A stretch of DNA of 64,000 nt, from contig JAZNPK010000010.1 of assembly GCA_045589595.1 (NCBI GenBank), positions 66,190 through 130,189 on the forward strand, given 5' to 3'. The DNA is from Victivallales bacterium (GTDB lineage Bacteria; Verrucomicrobiota; Lentisphaeria; Victivallales; UBA1829). Made by a program: the position numbers and the translations under genes. Shown piece by piece: positions 36,800 through 45,850 of this stretch (positions within the stretch are counted from its first letter, which is position 1; each line of letters opens with the position of its first letter). The notes beneath the pieces are model-generated. The model worked only from the letters and a program-made list of their open reading frames with translations. It was not told the DNA's origin and ran no database searches.

Positions 36800-37063
36800 C
36801 GGAGCGTGAGCGGAGTGCTTCATATCGGAATGAAATGAAGATGCTTCATATTGTGGAGTGAAACGAAACAATGCTTCATCTGAAAAGGCGTTTTTATGAA
36901 GCACGTTGTGTCTTGCACGCCTCTGGCGTGTCAAGCACACAAAAGTATGAAGCACATTTTGTGCTTGCGAGCTTTGCTCGTCAAGCATCAAAATATATGA
37001 AGCGCACCTTCGGTGCATGAAGCGAAGCCTTAGGCTTCATTCACCATTTTTGCTCAGCAAAAA
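36800..37063. repeat. Hairpin-array element (family E), copy b, between tRNA-Val and the four-helix-bundle gene
   Basis: ATGAAGC occurs 4 times forward (36896, 36947, 36997, 37017) and GCTTCAT 4 times inverted, with TCAAGCA twice. Unique hairpins are interleaved (ACGCC/GGCGT, AGCAC/GTGCT, CGAGC/GCTCG, GCACC-TTCG-GGTGC, GAAGCC/GGCTTC). The terminal hairpin CCATTTTTGC-TCA-GCAAAAATGG overlaps the tRNA CCA end. Confidence 0.72.
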
Positions 37064-37140
37064 TGGTGGGCGTTGAGGGACTCGAACCCCCGACATTCAC
37101 GGTGTAAACGTGACGCTCTAACCAACTGAGCTAAACGCCC
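37064..37140 (-). tRNA. tRNA-Val (anticodon TAC), CCA encoded
   Basis: Hand-folded cloverleaf: GGGCGTT/AACGCCC acceptor, GCTC/GAGC D-stem, TCACG-TTTACAC-CGTGA anticodon arm, GGGGG-TTCGAGT-CCCTC T-arm, and ACCA tail. Confidence 0.95.
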
Positions 37141-37309
37141 GATCGTAAGAAAAAATGATCTTTTCGGTAAATTTCTTATAAGATACTCCATTTTTTTTAC
37201 TTTTCAAGTGGGAATTTGCGGAAAATGGTGTATATTATGTGATGATTCTATCAAAAATGAACATTTTTCCGGCACGCGTGCCGGTATCAAACAAGAAGGA
37301 TTGTAGAAG

Positions 37310-39172
37310 ATGCATCAGTTTAGAACGCATACCTGCGGCGAACTCCGCAAGGAAAATGTGGGTGAAAAAGTCCGGATCTCCGGCTGGGTAAACAGTGTCC
37401 GCGACCACGGCGGCGTTATTTTTATCGACCTGCGCGACCACTACGGTAAAACTCAGGTCGTCATCGATCCCAAGATGGATTTTTATCAGGAACTGGAACG
37501 GTGGCGTGTTGAAACCTGCCTGAGCTTCACCGGTTCCGTTGTTGCCCGCGCACCCGAAACCGTGAACCCGAAACTGGAAACCGGCGAGATCGAACTCTTT
37601 GCCGAAACCATGGATGTTCTCGGCGAAACGGAGCAGATCCCCTTCCAGATCGTGAAAGATGAAGATGCGCCCGAAGCGACCCGTCTGAAATACCGGTTTC
37701 TCGATTTGCGCCGCGATGATCTCCACAAAAAGATCGTCATGCGTTCCAATCTGATCCGCGAGATCCGCAAAAAAATGTGGGATATGGGCTTCAATGAATA
37801 TCAGACCCCGATCCTGACCAGCAGTTCTCCCGAAGGCGCCCGCGACTATCTGGTGCCCAGCCGTGTTCATCCCGGCGAATTTTATGCGTTGCCCCAGGCT
37901 CCCCAGCAGTTCAAACAGCTGCTCATGGTTGCCGGTTTCGACCGCTATTTCCAGATCGCGCCCTGTTTCCGTGACGAAGACGCACGCGCCGACCGGTCTC
38001 CCGGCGAATTTTATCAGCTCGACTGCGAAATGAGTTTCGTTACGCAGGACGACGTCTTTGCCGTGATGGAAGAACTGCTCACCACGATCTTCCCGAAATT
38101 TACCGATAAGAAGATCAGTGCCGCTCCGTTCCCGCGTATCCCCTTCAAGGAAGCAATGAACAAATACGGCAGCGACAAGCCGGATCTCCGCAACCCGCTG
38201 TTCATGGTGGATCTCTCCGATATTTTTGCAAAATCCGGATTCAAAGCCTTTGCTGCAACAGTCGCCAACGGCGGCAGCGTGAAGGGGATCCGCGTTCCGG
38301 GCATCGTGGGCGTTCAGCCCCGTGCGTGGTACGATAAGATGGAAGCCTTTGCAAAAGAAAACGGTTCCAAAGGTCTCGGTTACATCACCTGGAGCAAGGA
38401 AGGCGAACTCAAAGGACCGATCGCCAAGTTTATGAATGAAGCGGAACTTGCTGAACTGAAAGCTGCAGCAGAAATCGAAAACGGCGATGCGCTCTTCTTC
38501 ATTGCCGATAAAACTGCACTGGCAAACCAGATCGGCGGCAAAGTCCGCACGAAATTTGCGGAAACGCTCAACCTCATTGCAACGGATGAATTCCGTTTCT
38601 GCTGGATCGTGGACTTCCCCATGTTCGAGCTGGATGAAGAAACCAACAAGATCATCTTCAGTCACAACCCGTTCTCCATGCCCCAGGGCGGTATGGATGC
38701 GCTCCTGACCAAAGATCCGCTGGATGTTCTGGCGTATCAGTATGACATTGTCTGCAACGGCATTGAACTTTCTTCCGGAGCGATCCGTAACCACATGCCG
38801 GAACTGATGTACAAGGCGTTTGAGATCGCCGGTTACGATCCGTCTGTTGTCGATGAAAAATTCGGCGGCATGATCCAGGCGTTCAAACTCGGTGCGCCCC
38901 CGCACGGCGGTATTGCTCCCGGTATCGACCGTATGGCGATGCTGCTGGCAGATGCACCCAACATCCGCGAAGTCATTGCGTTCCCCTTCAACCAGCAGGC
39001 TCAGGACCTGATGATGAATGCGCCCGCGAACGTGGATATGAAACAGCTGCGTGAACTGCGTATCGTGCCGATCCCCCATGAACTCAAGTATGAAGAAACA
39101 TACAAGAAGATCATGGCGGAAGCTGAAAAGATCCGTGCGGCAGAAGCCGCCGCAGCCGCCGCACAGGCGTAA
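37310..39172 (+). CDS. aspS: Aspartyl-tRNA synthetase
   Basis: Class IIb motifs: [19 protein letters not shown] (motif 2) and [10 protein letters not shown] (motif 3), with an N-terminal OB anticodon-binding domain. An Ala-rich C-terminal tail is present. Confidence 0.97.
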   Translation: MHQFRTHTCGELRKENVGEKVRISGWVNSVRDHGGVIFIDLRDHYGKTQVVIDPKMDFYQELERWRVETCLSFTGSVVARAPETVNPKLETGEIELFAETMDVLGETEQIPFQIVKDEDAPEATRLKYRFLDLRRDDLHKKIVMRSNLIREIRKKMWDMGFNEYQTPILTSSSPEGARDYLVPSRVHPGEFYALPQAPQQFKQLLMVAGFDRYFQIAPCFRDEDARADRSPGEFYQLDCEMSFVTQDDVFAVMEELLTTIFPKFTDKKISAAPFPRIPFKEAMNKYGSDKPDLRNPLFMVDLSDIFAKSGFKAFAATVANGGSVKGIRVPGIVGVQPRAWYDKMEAFAKENGSKGLGYITWSKEGELKGPIAKFMNEAELAELKAAAEIENGDALFFIADKTALANQIGGKVRTKFAETLNLIATDEFRFCWIVDFPMFELDEETNKIIFSHNPFSMPQGGMDALLTKDPLDVLAYQYDIVCNGIELSSGAIRNHMPELMYKAFEIAGYDPSVVDEKFGGMIQAFKLGAPPHGGIAPGIDRMAMLLADAPNIREVIAFPFNQQAQDLMMNAPANVDMKQLRELRIVPIPHELKYEETYKKIMAEAEKIRAAEAAAAAAQA

Positions 39173-39195
39173 TATCGCACTGAAAGGGGTGGACA

Positions 39196-39834
39196 TTGCA
39201 ACAGCGGTACAGACCCTACGGCAGAAAAAGGATGACCAGCGGAAAAGCTGCGTTGATCCTTTTTTCTGTTGCATTTCTGGCTGTTGTGGTGTCCATGGCT
39301 GTATGGATGCTGTGCCGCTACATTGCGGAGCGCAGCTCCATGGAGGAACGTTATACTGCTCTGATCCTTGCGGCATCGCGCAGAAATGAAGTCGATCCCG
39401 ATCTGATCAAGGCTGTGATCTGGCGTGAGAGCGGTTTTGACCGTACGCAGATCGGCGGAAAAGGTGAAGTCGGGTTGATGCAGATCATGCCGGATCTGGC
39501 GGCGGCGGACTGGGCAAGGATCAAAAAGCGTCCGTTGCCGTCCAGAGCGTCATTGAGTGATCCTGAACTGAATATCGAGATCGGATCATGGTATCTGGGC
39601 AGGGCGTTGCGTCACTGGTCAAAATATCAGGAGCGCATCACACTGGCTTTGTGTGAATACAACGCAGGACGCAGTCGTGCCAATGCCTGGAAGCCCCATC
39701 AGTTCAACGGATCTATGGAAGGCAGGATCCGTATTGAATCCACGCGGAAATATGTTACGGACATCCTGCGGAAATATGCGCAGTACCGACAGGAAACAGA
39801 AGAAGCCCGTGCTGCTGCGGCAGCCGCAAAATAA
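39196..39834 (+). CDS. Membrane-anchored lytic transglycosylase (Slt-domain)
   Basis: RESGFD ... GEVGLMQIMP catalytic-Glu motif, and an N-terminal TM helix ALILFSVAFLAVVVSMAVW. The ORF-track start is TTG; an in-frame ATG at 39232 is an alternative. Confidence 0.8.
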   Translation: MQQRYRPYGRKRMTSGKAALILFSVAFLAVVVSMAVWMLCRYIAERSSMEERYTALILAASRRNEVDPDLIKAVIWRESGFDRTQIGGKGEVGLMQIMPDLAAADWARIKKRPLPSRASLSDPELNIEIGSWYLGRALRHWSKYQERITLALCEYNAGRSRANAWKPHQFNGSMEGRIRIESTRKYVTDILRKYAQYRQETEEARAAAAAAK

Positions 39835-39836
39835 AA

Positions 39837-41291
39837 TCAGTTTTTGAGTTGTCCGGCAATGATGTCCGCTTCTGCCATGTAAGCGGCAAAAAGCCGTGAC
39901 GCCGTTTCTTTCAGGACTTCCGGTACATCCGGGAGTCTTTTTGTATGTACCATTTTTGTCTGTGCGTCATGGAATGAATCGGCAGAACCAGTGGCGACAG
40001 CGGCGATCACTGCAGCTCCGAGGAGGGATGCTTCGGGATTGACAGGCAGGGATTTTTGCTGACGGAACAATGCCGCTGCAGTTTTCCGGACCGCGTTTTC
40101 CCGGTATGCCAACGATTGCAGAACGACATTCCGGTAACGGCAGTTCAGCAATTTTTCGAGCAGGACTGCGGACTGACAGAGGGCGGAAAGTGTGCCGGTG
40201 ACTGCGCCCAGTGCCAGTTGATCGCTGTTGTGATGAGCGGAAAGTCTGCACCATTTTGCGCAGGGCGTATAATCCATATAAGGTGCGCCGCGTCCCAGAA
40301 GATAAGGCATGAACAACGGCAGATCCTCCTGCAGTTCCGCACGGTCAGCCATACTGAAAAATTGATCCAAGGTACAGTGGAACATATTTTTCGACAGCCA
40401 TTCAAAGGTGAATCCGCCGCCCGGAACGGAGCCGAGGTAAAGGTCTTCTGTTGGATCGGCATGAGCAAATGCAAAAAGTTTTCCGGCAAGCAGGGGATAA
40501 GAGCCGCGCGGTCCTGCAGCGAGAAGTTGTCCGGCAGTTCCCAGCGTCAGGGACAACGTTCCGGGTCCGGTCCCGCTGCCGAGGGCGGCACTGGAAAGAT
40601 CTCCGGCTCCGGCAACGACCGGCAGCCCCGTATCAAGTCCGGTTTCTGCGGCAGCTGCGGGTGTGACTTTTCCGCAAATGGAAGCCGATGGGCGGATCTC
40701 CGGAAAACAGGTTTGTTTCAACCCCAGTTCCGTGATCATATCCTGATCCCATTCGTGGGTATCAAGACGGCAGAGCAGGGTGCCGGTGGCGTCTGTCGGT
40801 TCTGTTGTGAGTTCGCCGGTGAGACGCAGGGCGATATAATCCTTGACCTGTAAAAAAGCGACAGTCTTCCGGTAGAGATCCGGCTGATCCTGTTTCAGTT
40901 TCAGGATCTTCGGCAGGGAAAAAACAGGTGTTGATACATTCCCGAACCGTTTCAGAAATTCTCCGGCATATCGGCGGTTCAGCAGATCCGATTCCGATGC
41001 GGCTCTGTTGGAACACCATAACTCCGCATCCATCAAGGGGATACCATCTTTATCGATGGGGAGCAGGGCGTGCATGTTGCCGGTCAGGGAAATCGCATCG
41101 GGTTTGGGGGAGGCGGGCAGATCCCGGATCAGTTCCGCCGTGATGGCGTACCATTCTTCCGCATTCTGGAAATCGGGAGACGATGCCCGGTCGAGACGCC
41201 GGGAACGCTCCGCGATCATACTGCCGCGGTCATCGATCAATGCCGTTTTTACCCGGCTGGTCCCGATGTCGATACAGAGAAAAACTGCCAT
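39837..41291 (-). CDS. FGGY-family carbohydrate kinase
   Basis: MAVFLCIDIGTSRVKTA N-terminal ATPase motif and a ~485-aa length. I preferred the ATG at 41291 over the TTG at 41309. Confidence 0.85.
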   Translation of the reverse strand: MAVFLCIDIGTSRVKTALIDDRGSMIAERSRRLDRASSPDFQNAEEWYAITAELIRDLPASPKPDAISLTGNMHALLPIDKDGIPLMDAELWCSNRAASESDLLNRRYAGEFLKRFGNVSTPVFSLPKILKLKQDQPDLYRKTVAFLQVKDYIALRLTGELTTEPTDATGTLLCRLDTHEWDQDMITELGLKQTCFPEIRPSASICGKVTPAAAAETGLDTGLPVVAGAGDLSSAALGSGTGPGTLSLTLGTAGQLLAAGPRGSYPLLAGKLFAFAHADPTEDLYLGSVPGGGFTFEWLSKNMFHCTLDQFFSMADRAELQEDLPLFMPYLLGRGAPYMDYTPCAKWCRLSAHHNSDQLALGAVTGTLSALCQSAVLLEKLLNCRYRNVVLQSLAYRENAVRKTAAALFRQQKSLPVNPEASLLGAAVIAAVATGSADSFHDAQTKMVHTKRLPDVPEVLKETASRLFAAYMAEADIIAGQLKN

Positions 41292-41305
41292 TTCCGCACC
41301 TGTGA

Positions 41306-42040
41306 TCAAGGCAGTAAAAATGCTTCGCGGACCGCTTCACGGGCGAGGAGTTCCTCATTCCGTTCTCTGCCGCCGGGCGCGTTTGAACTGAGGAAAACGG
41401 GGGCATCGGCACCTGCCGCCTGAAGTTTTTCAATGGCGAGCGCGGAAATCGTATGCATGATGAAAGATCCGGCAATGGTGGAGAGCGGTCCCATGGGGGT
41501 GACTCCGCCCGCTTTGACGGAGGCATCGCCCAGAGGCACATGGTTATCGATCATCAGCAATCCCTGCATATTCCAGAGGGAGGGAGATGTATTTTTGTAC
41601 GCGGAGGACGAGACTGCAATGAGTCTGACGCCTTTCTGCAATGCCGTTTCCGCCACAGCCAGAGGCGCTTCATTTTTGCCGGATGTGGAAATCACAACAA
41701 GCACATCGTCCTGTTCGATCCGGGAACACCGGATCACATCGGCGCCCAGTTGCGCGTTGTGTTCGGCAGCGCTGGTCAGAAATCCGGGCGTCTGGGCAAT
41801 GCTCATACCGGGACCCCAGAGCGGACGCCAGAAAACAGGTGCCCCGGCGCGATAAAAAACATCTTCCGCAAGAATGGCGGAGTGCGTGCATCCGAAGATA
41901 TAAATATGTTTTCCGGCAGCATAAGCATCTGCGATCAACTGAGCGGCGCGGTCAAGATTTTGCTGTTCGGTTTCAGCGATCTTATGCAGAATAAGATCTG
42001 TTGCTGCAAGATATTCAGAGATAAAACGGGACATAATCAT
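41306..42040 (-). CDS. SIS-domain (sugar isomerase-like) protein
   Basis: The IYIFGCTHSAILAEDVFYRAG and VLVVISTSGKN patterns are typical of SIS/UPF0309 proteins. Confidence 0.72.
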   Translation of the reverse strand: MIMSRFISEYLAATDLILHKIAETEQQNLDRAAQLIADAYAAGKHIYIFGCTHSAILAEDVFYRAGAPVFWRPLWGPGMSIAQTPGFLTSAAEHNAQLGADVIRCSRIEQDDVLVVISTSGKNEAPLAVAETALQKGVRLIAVSSSAYKNTSPSLWNMQGLLMIDNHVPLGDASVKAGGVTPMGPLSTIAGSFIMHTISALAIEKLQAAGADAPVFLSSNAPGGRERNEELLAREAVREAFLLP

Positions 42041-42185
42041 CCTTTCAACTGTTATTTTTCTACTAATGTAACTTTTATTTTCAGAAAATCAACCGGAAAG
42101 CATTGAAAGTGACTTGCAAAAAAGAAAAAAAACAAGTAGATTACAGAAAGTTCAGCAAAAAACCATAAGATAGGATCAGAAAACA

Positions 42186-42845
42186 ATGAACGAAGATTTT
42201 TGCAAGAGAAGTATCGAAGCCGCCGAAAAACTTTCAGCGATCCGGATCGTTCCCGTACTTGTGTTGAATTCCGAAACGAAAGCACTGAAACTCAGTGAAC
42301 TTCTGCTGAAACACGGTCTCGGTGCAGCCGAGATCACGTTCCGTACGGCAGAAGCGGCAGATATTATCGAAAGCCTTTCCAATCACTTCCCCGAACTGTA
42401 TATCGGGGCAGGGACCATTCTGAATGTTGCCGACTTGAACCGTGCGTTTTCATCCGGTGCGCGCTTTGCTGTTGCTCCCGGTTTCAATCCCCGTGTTGTC
42501 AAGGCTGCCATTGAAAACGGTTATGCGTTCTCACCGGGCGTCTGTACGCCCTCCGAAATCGAACAGGCTTGTGAGCTTGGCTGCCGTTTTCTCAAGTTCT
42601 TCCCTGCAGAAGCTGCGGGCGGGATCAATATGCTCAAGGCAATGGCTGCGCCGTACAAACATCTGGGACTCCGCTTTATGCCCACCGGCGGCGTGACCAG
42701 CAAGAATGCGGCAGATTATCTTGCCATCAAGGAAGTTGCAGCTGTGGGCGGAACCTGGCTGGGCAAGGCTTCTGATCTGGATGCCGATAACTGGGATGTG
42801 ATCGAAAATTACATCAAAGAAGCGGCAGCCATCGCCAAAGGATGA
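42186..42845 (+). CDS. eda: KDPG / 4-hydroxy-2-oxoglutarate aldolase
   Basis: RIVPVLVL..., EITFRT, and the catalytic-Lys context FLKFFPAEAAGG. Size ~220 aa. Confidence 0.85.
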   Translation: MNEDFCKRSIEAAEKLSAIRIVPVLVLNSETKALKLSELLLKHGLGAAEITFRTAEAADIIESLSNHFPELYIGAGTILNVADLNRAFSSGARFAVAPGFNPRVVKAAIENGYAFSPGVCTPSEIEQACELGCRFLKFFPAEAAGGINMLKAMAAPYKHLGLRFMPTGGVTSKNAADYLAIKEVAAVGGTWLGKASDLDADNWDVIENYIKEAAAIAKG

Positions 42846-42851
42846 TTGCTC

Positions 42852-43424
42852 ATGAAACGGAAGGCGTGTTTCATTGACCGGGACGGCGTCCTGATCGAAG
42901 AAAAAAACTACCTTTCCGATCCGGCAAATGTGGTGTTGATACCCGGTGCAGTTGAGGCAGTGAAAAAACTGCACGCCGCCGGGTATCTTGTGATCATGAT
43001 CTCCAATCAGGCGGGGATCGCAAAAGGATATTTCAAACCGGAAGATCTGCAGGCAGTCGAAACAAAACTCGATGAATTGCTGTCACTGGAAGGGATCGCT
43101 CTGGATGGGAAATATCATTGTTATCACCACCCGCAGGGGGTCGTGCCGGAATATACAAAAGTTTGTGAATGTCGCAAACCGGCACCGGGTATGCTGTTGA
43201 GAGCAGTGGCGGATTTTGATCTTGATCCTGCAGAATGTTTTATGATCGGAGACCGGACAAGTGATCTTGAGGCGGGCTTCAATGCCGGGTGCGGTGCTGT
43301 TGCCCAGGTTTATACCGGACACGGCACAAAAGAACAGTTTGAAAACTGGAAAAAAGAACACAGGATCAAAACCTGCGAAGCCGCATCTATCGGCGGTGCG
43401 GTGGATCAGCTCCTGAATTTCTGA
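42852..43424 (+). CDS. gmhB: D,D-heptose 1,7-bisphosphate phosphatase (HAD-IIIA)
   Basis: FIDRDGV (DxDx nucleophile motif) and CECRKPAPGML. I set the start at the ATG at 42852. Confidence 0.8.
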   Translation: MKRKACFIDRDGVLIEEKNYLSDPANVVLIPGAVEAVKKLHAAGYLVIMISNQAGIAKGYFKPEDLQAVETKLDELLSLEGIALDGKYHCYHHPQGVVPEYTKVCECRKPAPGMLLRAVADFDLDPAECFMIGDRTSDLEAGFNAGCGAVAQVYTGHGTKEQFENWKKEHRIKTCEAASIGGAVDQLLNF

Positions 43425-43450
43425 TGCAACAAAAAACAATGGAGGTCGTG

Positions 43451-43873
43451 ATGAAAAAAACAATGATGATCGGAATTACTCTGGCGGCGATCTTTTCCGC
43501 CGGAACCCTTGCCGCACAACAGACAACCTACCGCAGCGGCTCCGGCTCCTTCACCGGAACTGCCACAAAACAGGGCTCACAGACCACATACCGCGGTTCC
43601 TCCGGACAGTTCAAGGGAACTGCTACTGAACGGGGAAATACAACGACCTACCGCGACAGTTCCGGGCGTTTGAAAGTGACCGCCACCAAACAGGGAAATA
43701 CAACGACCTACCGCGACAGTTCCGGGCGTCTGAAAGCGACTGCCACCAAGCAGGGAAATATGACGACTTACCGCGATGCGTCCGGTAAATTGATCAAAAC
43801 AGAGACCCGGTCCGGCAGACAGACCATTTACCGCGATGCATCCGGCAGAGTGATCGGCACCGCGACAGACTGA
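43451..43873 (+). CDS. Small secreted protein made of ~6.5 tandem 20-aa repeats (YD-repeat-like)
   Basis: GGAGG RBS plus the ATG at 43451. Signal peptide MKKTMMIGITLAAIFSAGTLAAQ, then repeats of TTYRDSSGRLK.TATKQGN. The DNA period is exactly 60 nt (43621/43681/43741 in register). Confidence 0.65.
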   Translation: MKKTMMIGITLAAIFSAGTLAAQQTTYRSGSGSFTGTATKQGSQTTYRGSSGQFKGTATERGNTTTYRDSSGRLKVTATKQGNTTTYRDSSGRLKATATKQGNMTTYRDASGKLIKTETRSGRQTIYRDASGRVIGTATD

Positions 43874-43918
43874 TCAGTAGAATTTTCTGATCACGGTAAA
43901 AAAGGGAGAAAAACGGGG

Positions 43919-44665
43919 TCAGACGTCATCACGGACGGTTGAGACGCAACCGTTCTTCACGTGCCACGCTACGATATAATCTCTGGCTTCTTCCGCACTG
44001 TCCGCCAGATGGAAAAGATCCATATCTTCCGGCGAGATCAAATGCTGTTCCAGCAGCGAGTTTTTGAACCAGTCGATCAGGGGCGACCAGAATTCTCTGC
44101 CCACCATCACAAGTGGCACACGGTTGACTTTCCGTGTCTGGATCAGCGTCAGGGCTTCCGAGAGTTCGTCCAATGTTCCGAACCCGCCGGGATACGCCAC
44201 CACCGCCACGGAATATTTCATAAAACAGACTTTGCGGATGAAGAAATAACGGAAATCCAAAGATTCCGTCTGATACTGATTTTCGTGCTGTTCCATCGGC
44301 AGTTTGATGTTCAGCCCGACAGATGTTCCTTTTTTCTGCCACGCCCCGCGGTTGGCGGCTTCCATAATGCCGGGGCCGCCTCCGCTCAGAACGCCGTATC
44401 CGGCTTCGGCGAGCATTTCGCCCAGCCGGACACAATCGCGGTACCACGGTGAATCCTCTTTCAGGCGCGCAGACCCGAAAATGGGAACCAGTTTGCGGTA
44501 TTTGGACATGGTGTCAAAGGAGTCGATAAATTCCGCCATAATGCGGAAGATGCGCCACGGCTCAGCTTTTGTAAAATCGCACATATATGCGTCATTGGCG
44601 TGATCCTGCGGATTCAGATAAAATGCGCGGACATCGGGGATATTTTCAAAAGTGATCTTTGTCAT
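43919..44665 (-). CDS. LOG-family (TIGR00730) nucleotide phosphoribohydrolase
   Basis: GGGPGIMEA and PGGFGTLDEL motifs. Confidence 0.85.
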   Translation of the reverse strand: MTKITFENIPDVRAFYLNPQDHANDAYMCDFTKAEPWRIFRIMAEFIDSFDTMSKYRKLVPIFGSARLKEDSPWYRDCVRLGEMLAEAGYGVLSGGGPGIMEAANRGAWQKKGTSVGLNIKLPMEQHENQYQTESLDFRYFFIRKVCFMKYSVAVVAYPGGFGTLDELSEALTLIQTRKVNRVPLVMVGREFWSPLIDWFKNSLLEQHLISPEDMDLFHLADSAEEARDYIVAWHVKNGCVSTVRDDV

Positions 44666-44686
44666 GGCTGCACCTGTTTTTTCTGC

Positions 44687-45067
44687 TCAATCCAGTGTTT
44701 CGAGATACTTCAGGTAATCGTCCTCTTCCATAAGGTCGCCCAGTTCCGTATCGTCAATGTTATCCAGTCTGTAGAGCCAACCGTGTTTTTCCGGCGAGCG
44801 TGTAACGATCCCGGGGTCATCATCCAGATGCCGGTTGATGGCGCAGACGGTTCCGCTGACCGGGGAATAGACTTCGGAAGCCGCATTCACTGTTTCGACC
44901 GTGGCAACCGTATCACCCACGATCACATCGGTTCCTTCTGACGGCAGTTCCACATAGGTGATGTCGCCCAGACCGTCGATTGCGTATTTCGTAATGCCGA
45001 TAATGGCGATCTCGCCATCTGTCTGCACCCACTCATGGGTCCTTGAATAATATTTTTCCATTTCCAT
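44687..45067 (-). CDS. Glycine-cleavage H-protein-like lipoyl-domain protein with Asn at the lipoyl-lysine position
   Basis: YSRTHEWV start region and VATVETVNAASEVYSPVSGTV. This aligns to the canonical ESVKAASD motif with N (AAT, plus-strand 44885-44887) in place of K. Confidence 0.78.
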   Translation of the reverse strand: MEMEKYYSRTHEWVQTDGEIAIIGITKYAIDGLGDITYVELPSEGTDVIVGDTVATVETVNAASEVYSPVSGTVCAINRHLDDDPGIVTRSPEKHGWLYRLDNIDDTELGDLMEEDDYLKYLETLD

Positions 45068-45208
45068 TGAATCTGACTCCGAAATTACTGTCATGTTCTC
45101 TGTTTTTGAGGAAACATGCACGGTATAATCACATTTTTCAAGTCATTTTTGAAAAAAAATGCAAAAAATATGAAAAAAATGTAAGATTTTGGACTGTTTG
45201 TGCCTGAA

Positions 45209-45850
45209 TCACTTCTTTTTTGTGCCGATAATCTGCACAAGAAGGATTTCCTGATCGGCGGGAAGCTGGAGTTCTTTTTTCAGCGGAGGACCGTCAAAAC
45301 TGCCGCAGATCACCGTGGCAAGACCGCGGGATGTACACGCGAGATAAAGGTTCTGCATCACCGCGCCCGCGTGGGTGTACATATATTTTTCCGCGCCGGG
45401 CATATTTTTCCATTTGCCTTTGTCGCCGCAGATCACGATGGAGATGGAACCCGCTTCCCCCATACCGGGGCGTTTTGTGGCGTATTTGCGCAGATCTTTT
45501 TCAGCGCAGACCACAAGCGATTTGCCATCGTCGCTGTACCGGTATGCTTTTTCAGGCGTGAGCACATAGATCACAAGGTCCTGCCGGTTCAATGCTGTGG
45601 GGATCGTGCGTTTGCCGTCGGGGGAAGAAACGCCCCATGCCGCGTAGAGAAGATCGGAGATCGTCTGCATATCCAGTTTGCCCGGCGTGAAATCCCGTTC
45701 AGTTCTCCGTTTGGCGATCGCTTCGTTCAGGGGCATACCGCCGGTGATCGCAGGTTCAGGCAGGGCGATCTTTTCCTGTGCGGAGATGTCACCGCAGAAA
45801 GCGGCGGATGCAAAAAGGGCGGCTGTAAAAATGGTTTGTTTCAAATTCAT
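45209..45850 (-). CDS. Secreted nitroreductase-family protein
   Basis: Signal peptide MNLKQTIFTAALFASAAFCG, the RRTERDF motif, and the size typical of the family. Confidence 0.72.
   Translation of the reverse strand: MNLKQTIFTAALFASAAFCGDISAQEKIALPEPAITGGMPLNEAIAKRRTERDFTPGKLDMQTISDLLYAAWGVSSPDGKRTIPTALNRQDLVIYVLTPEKAYRYSDDGKSLVVCAEKDLRKYATKRPGMGEAGSISIVICGDKGKWKNMPGAEKYMYTHAGAVMQNLYLACTSRGLATVICGSFDGPPLKKELQLPADQEILLVQIIGTKKK

Noticed and set aside
27950-37140. Search for a DGR template repeat and reverse transcriptase matching the VR-like segment
   Set aside because: I scanned both strands by eye for GGCAGTTGG / GGCTTCCG-type anchors and for AAC-rich stretches. I found none apart from the VR-like segment itself. 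The only AAC/GTT-rich DNA is the rho N/Q tract, which is unrelated. Repeat family C directly follows the Avd-like gene, but it shows no similarity to the VR.
37235-39376. 713-aa minus-strand ORF covering the whole aspS gene
   Set aside because: The plus strand carries class II aaRS motifs 2 and 3 and an OB domain. The antisense ORF has no recognisable motif. It is a stop-poor shadow frame of the kind common in GC-rich coding DNA.
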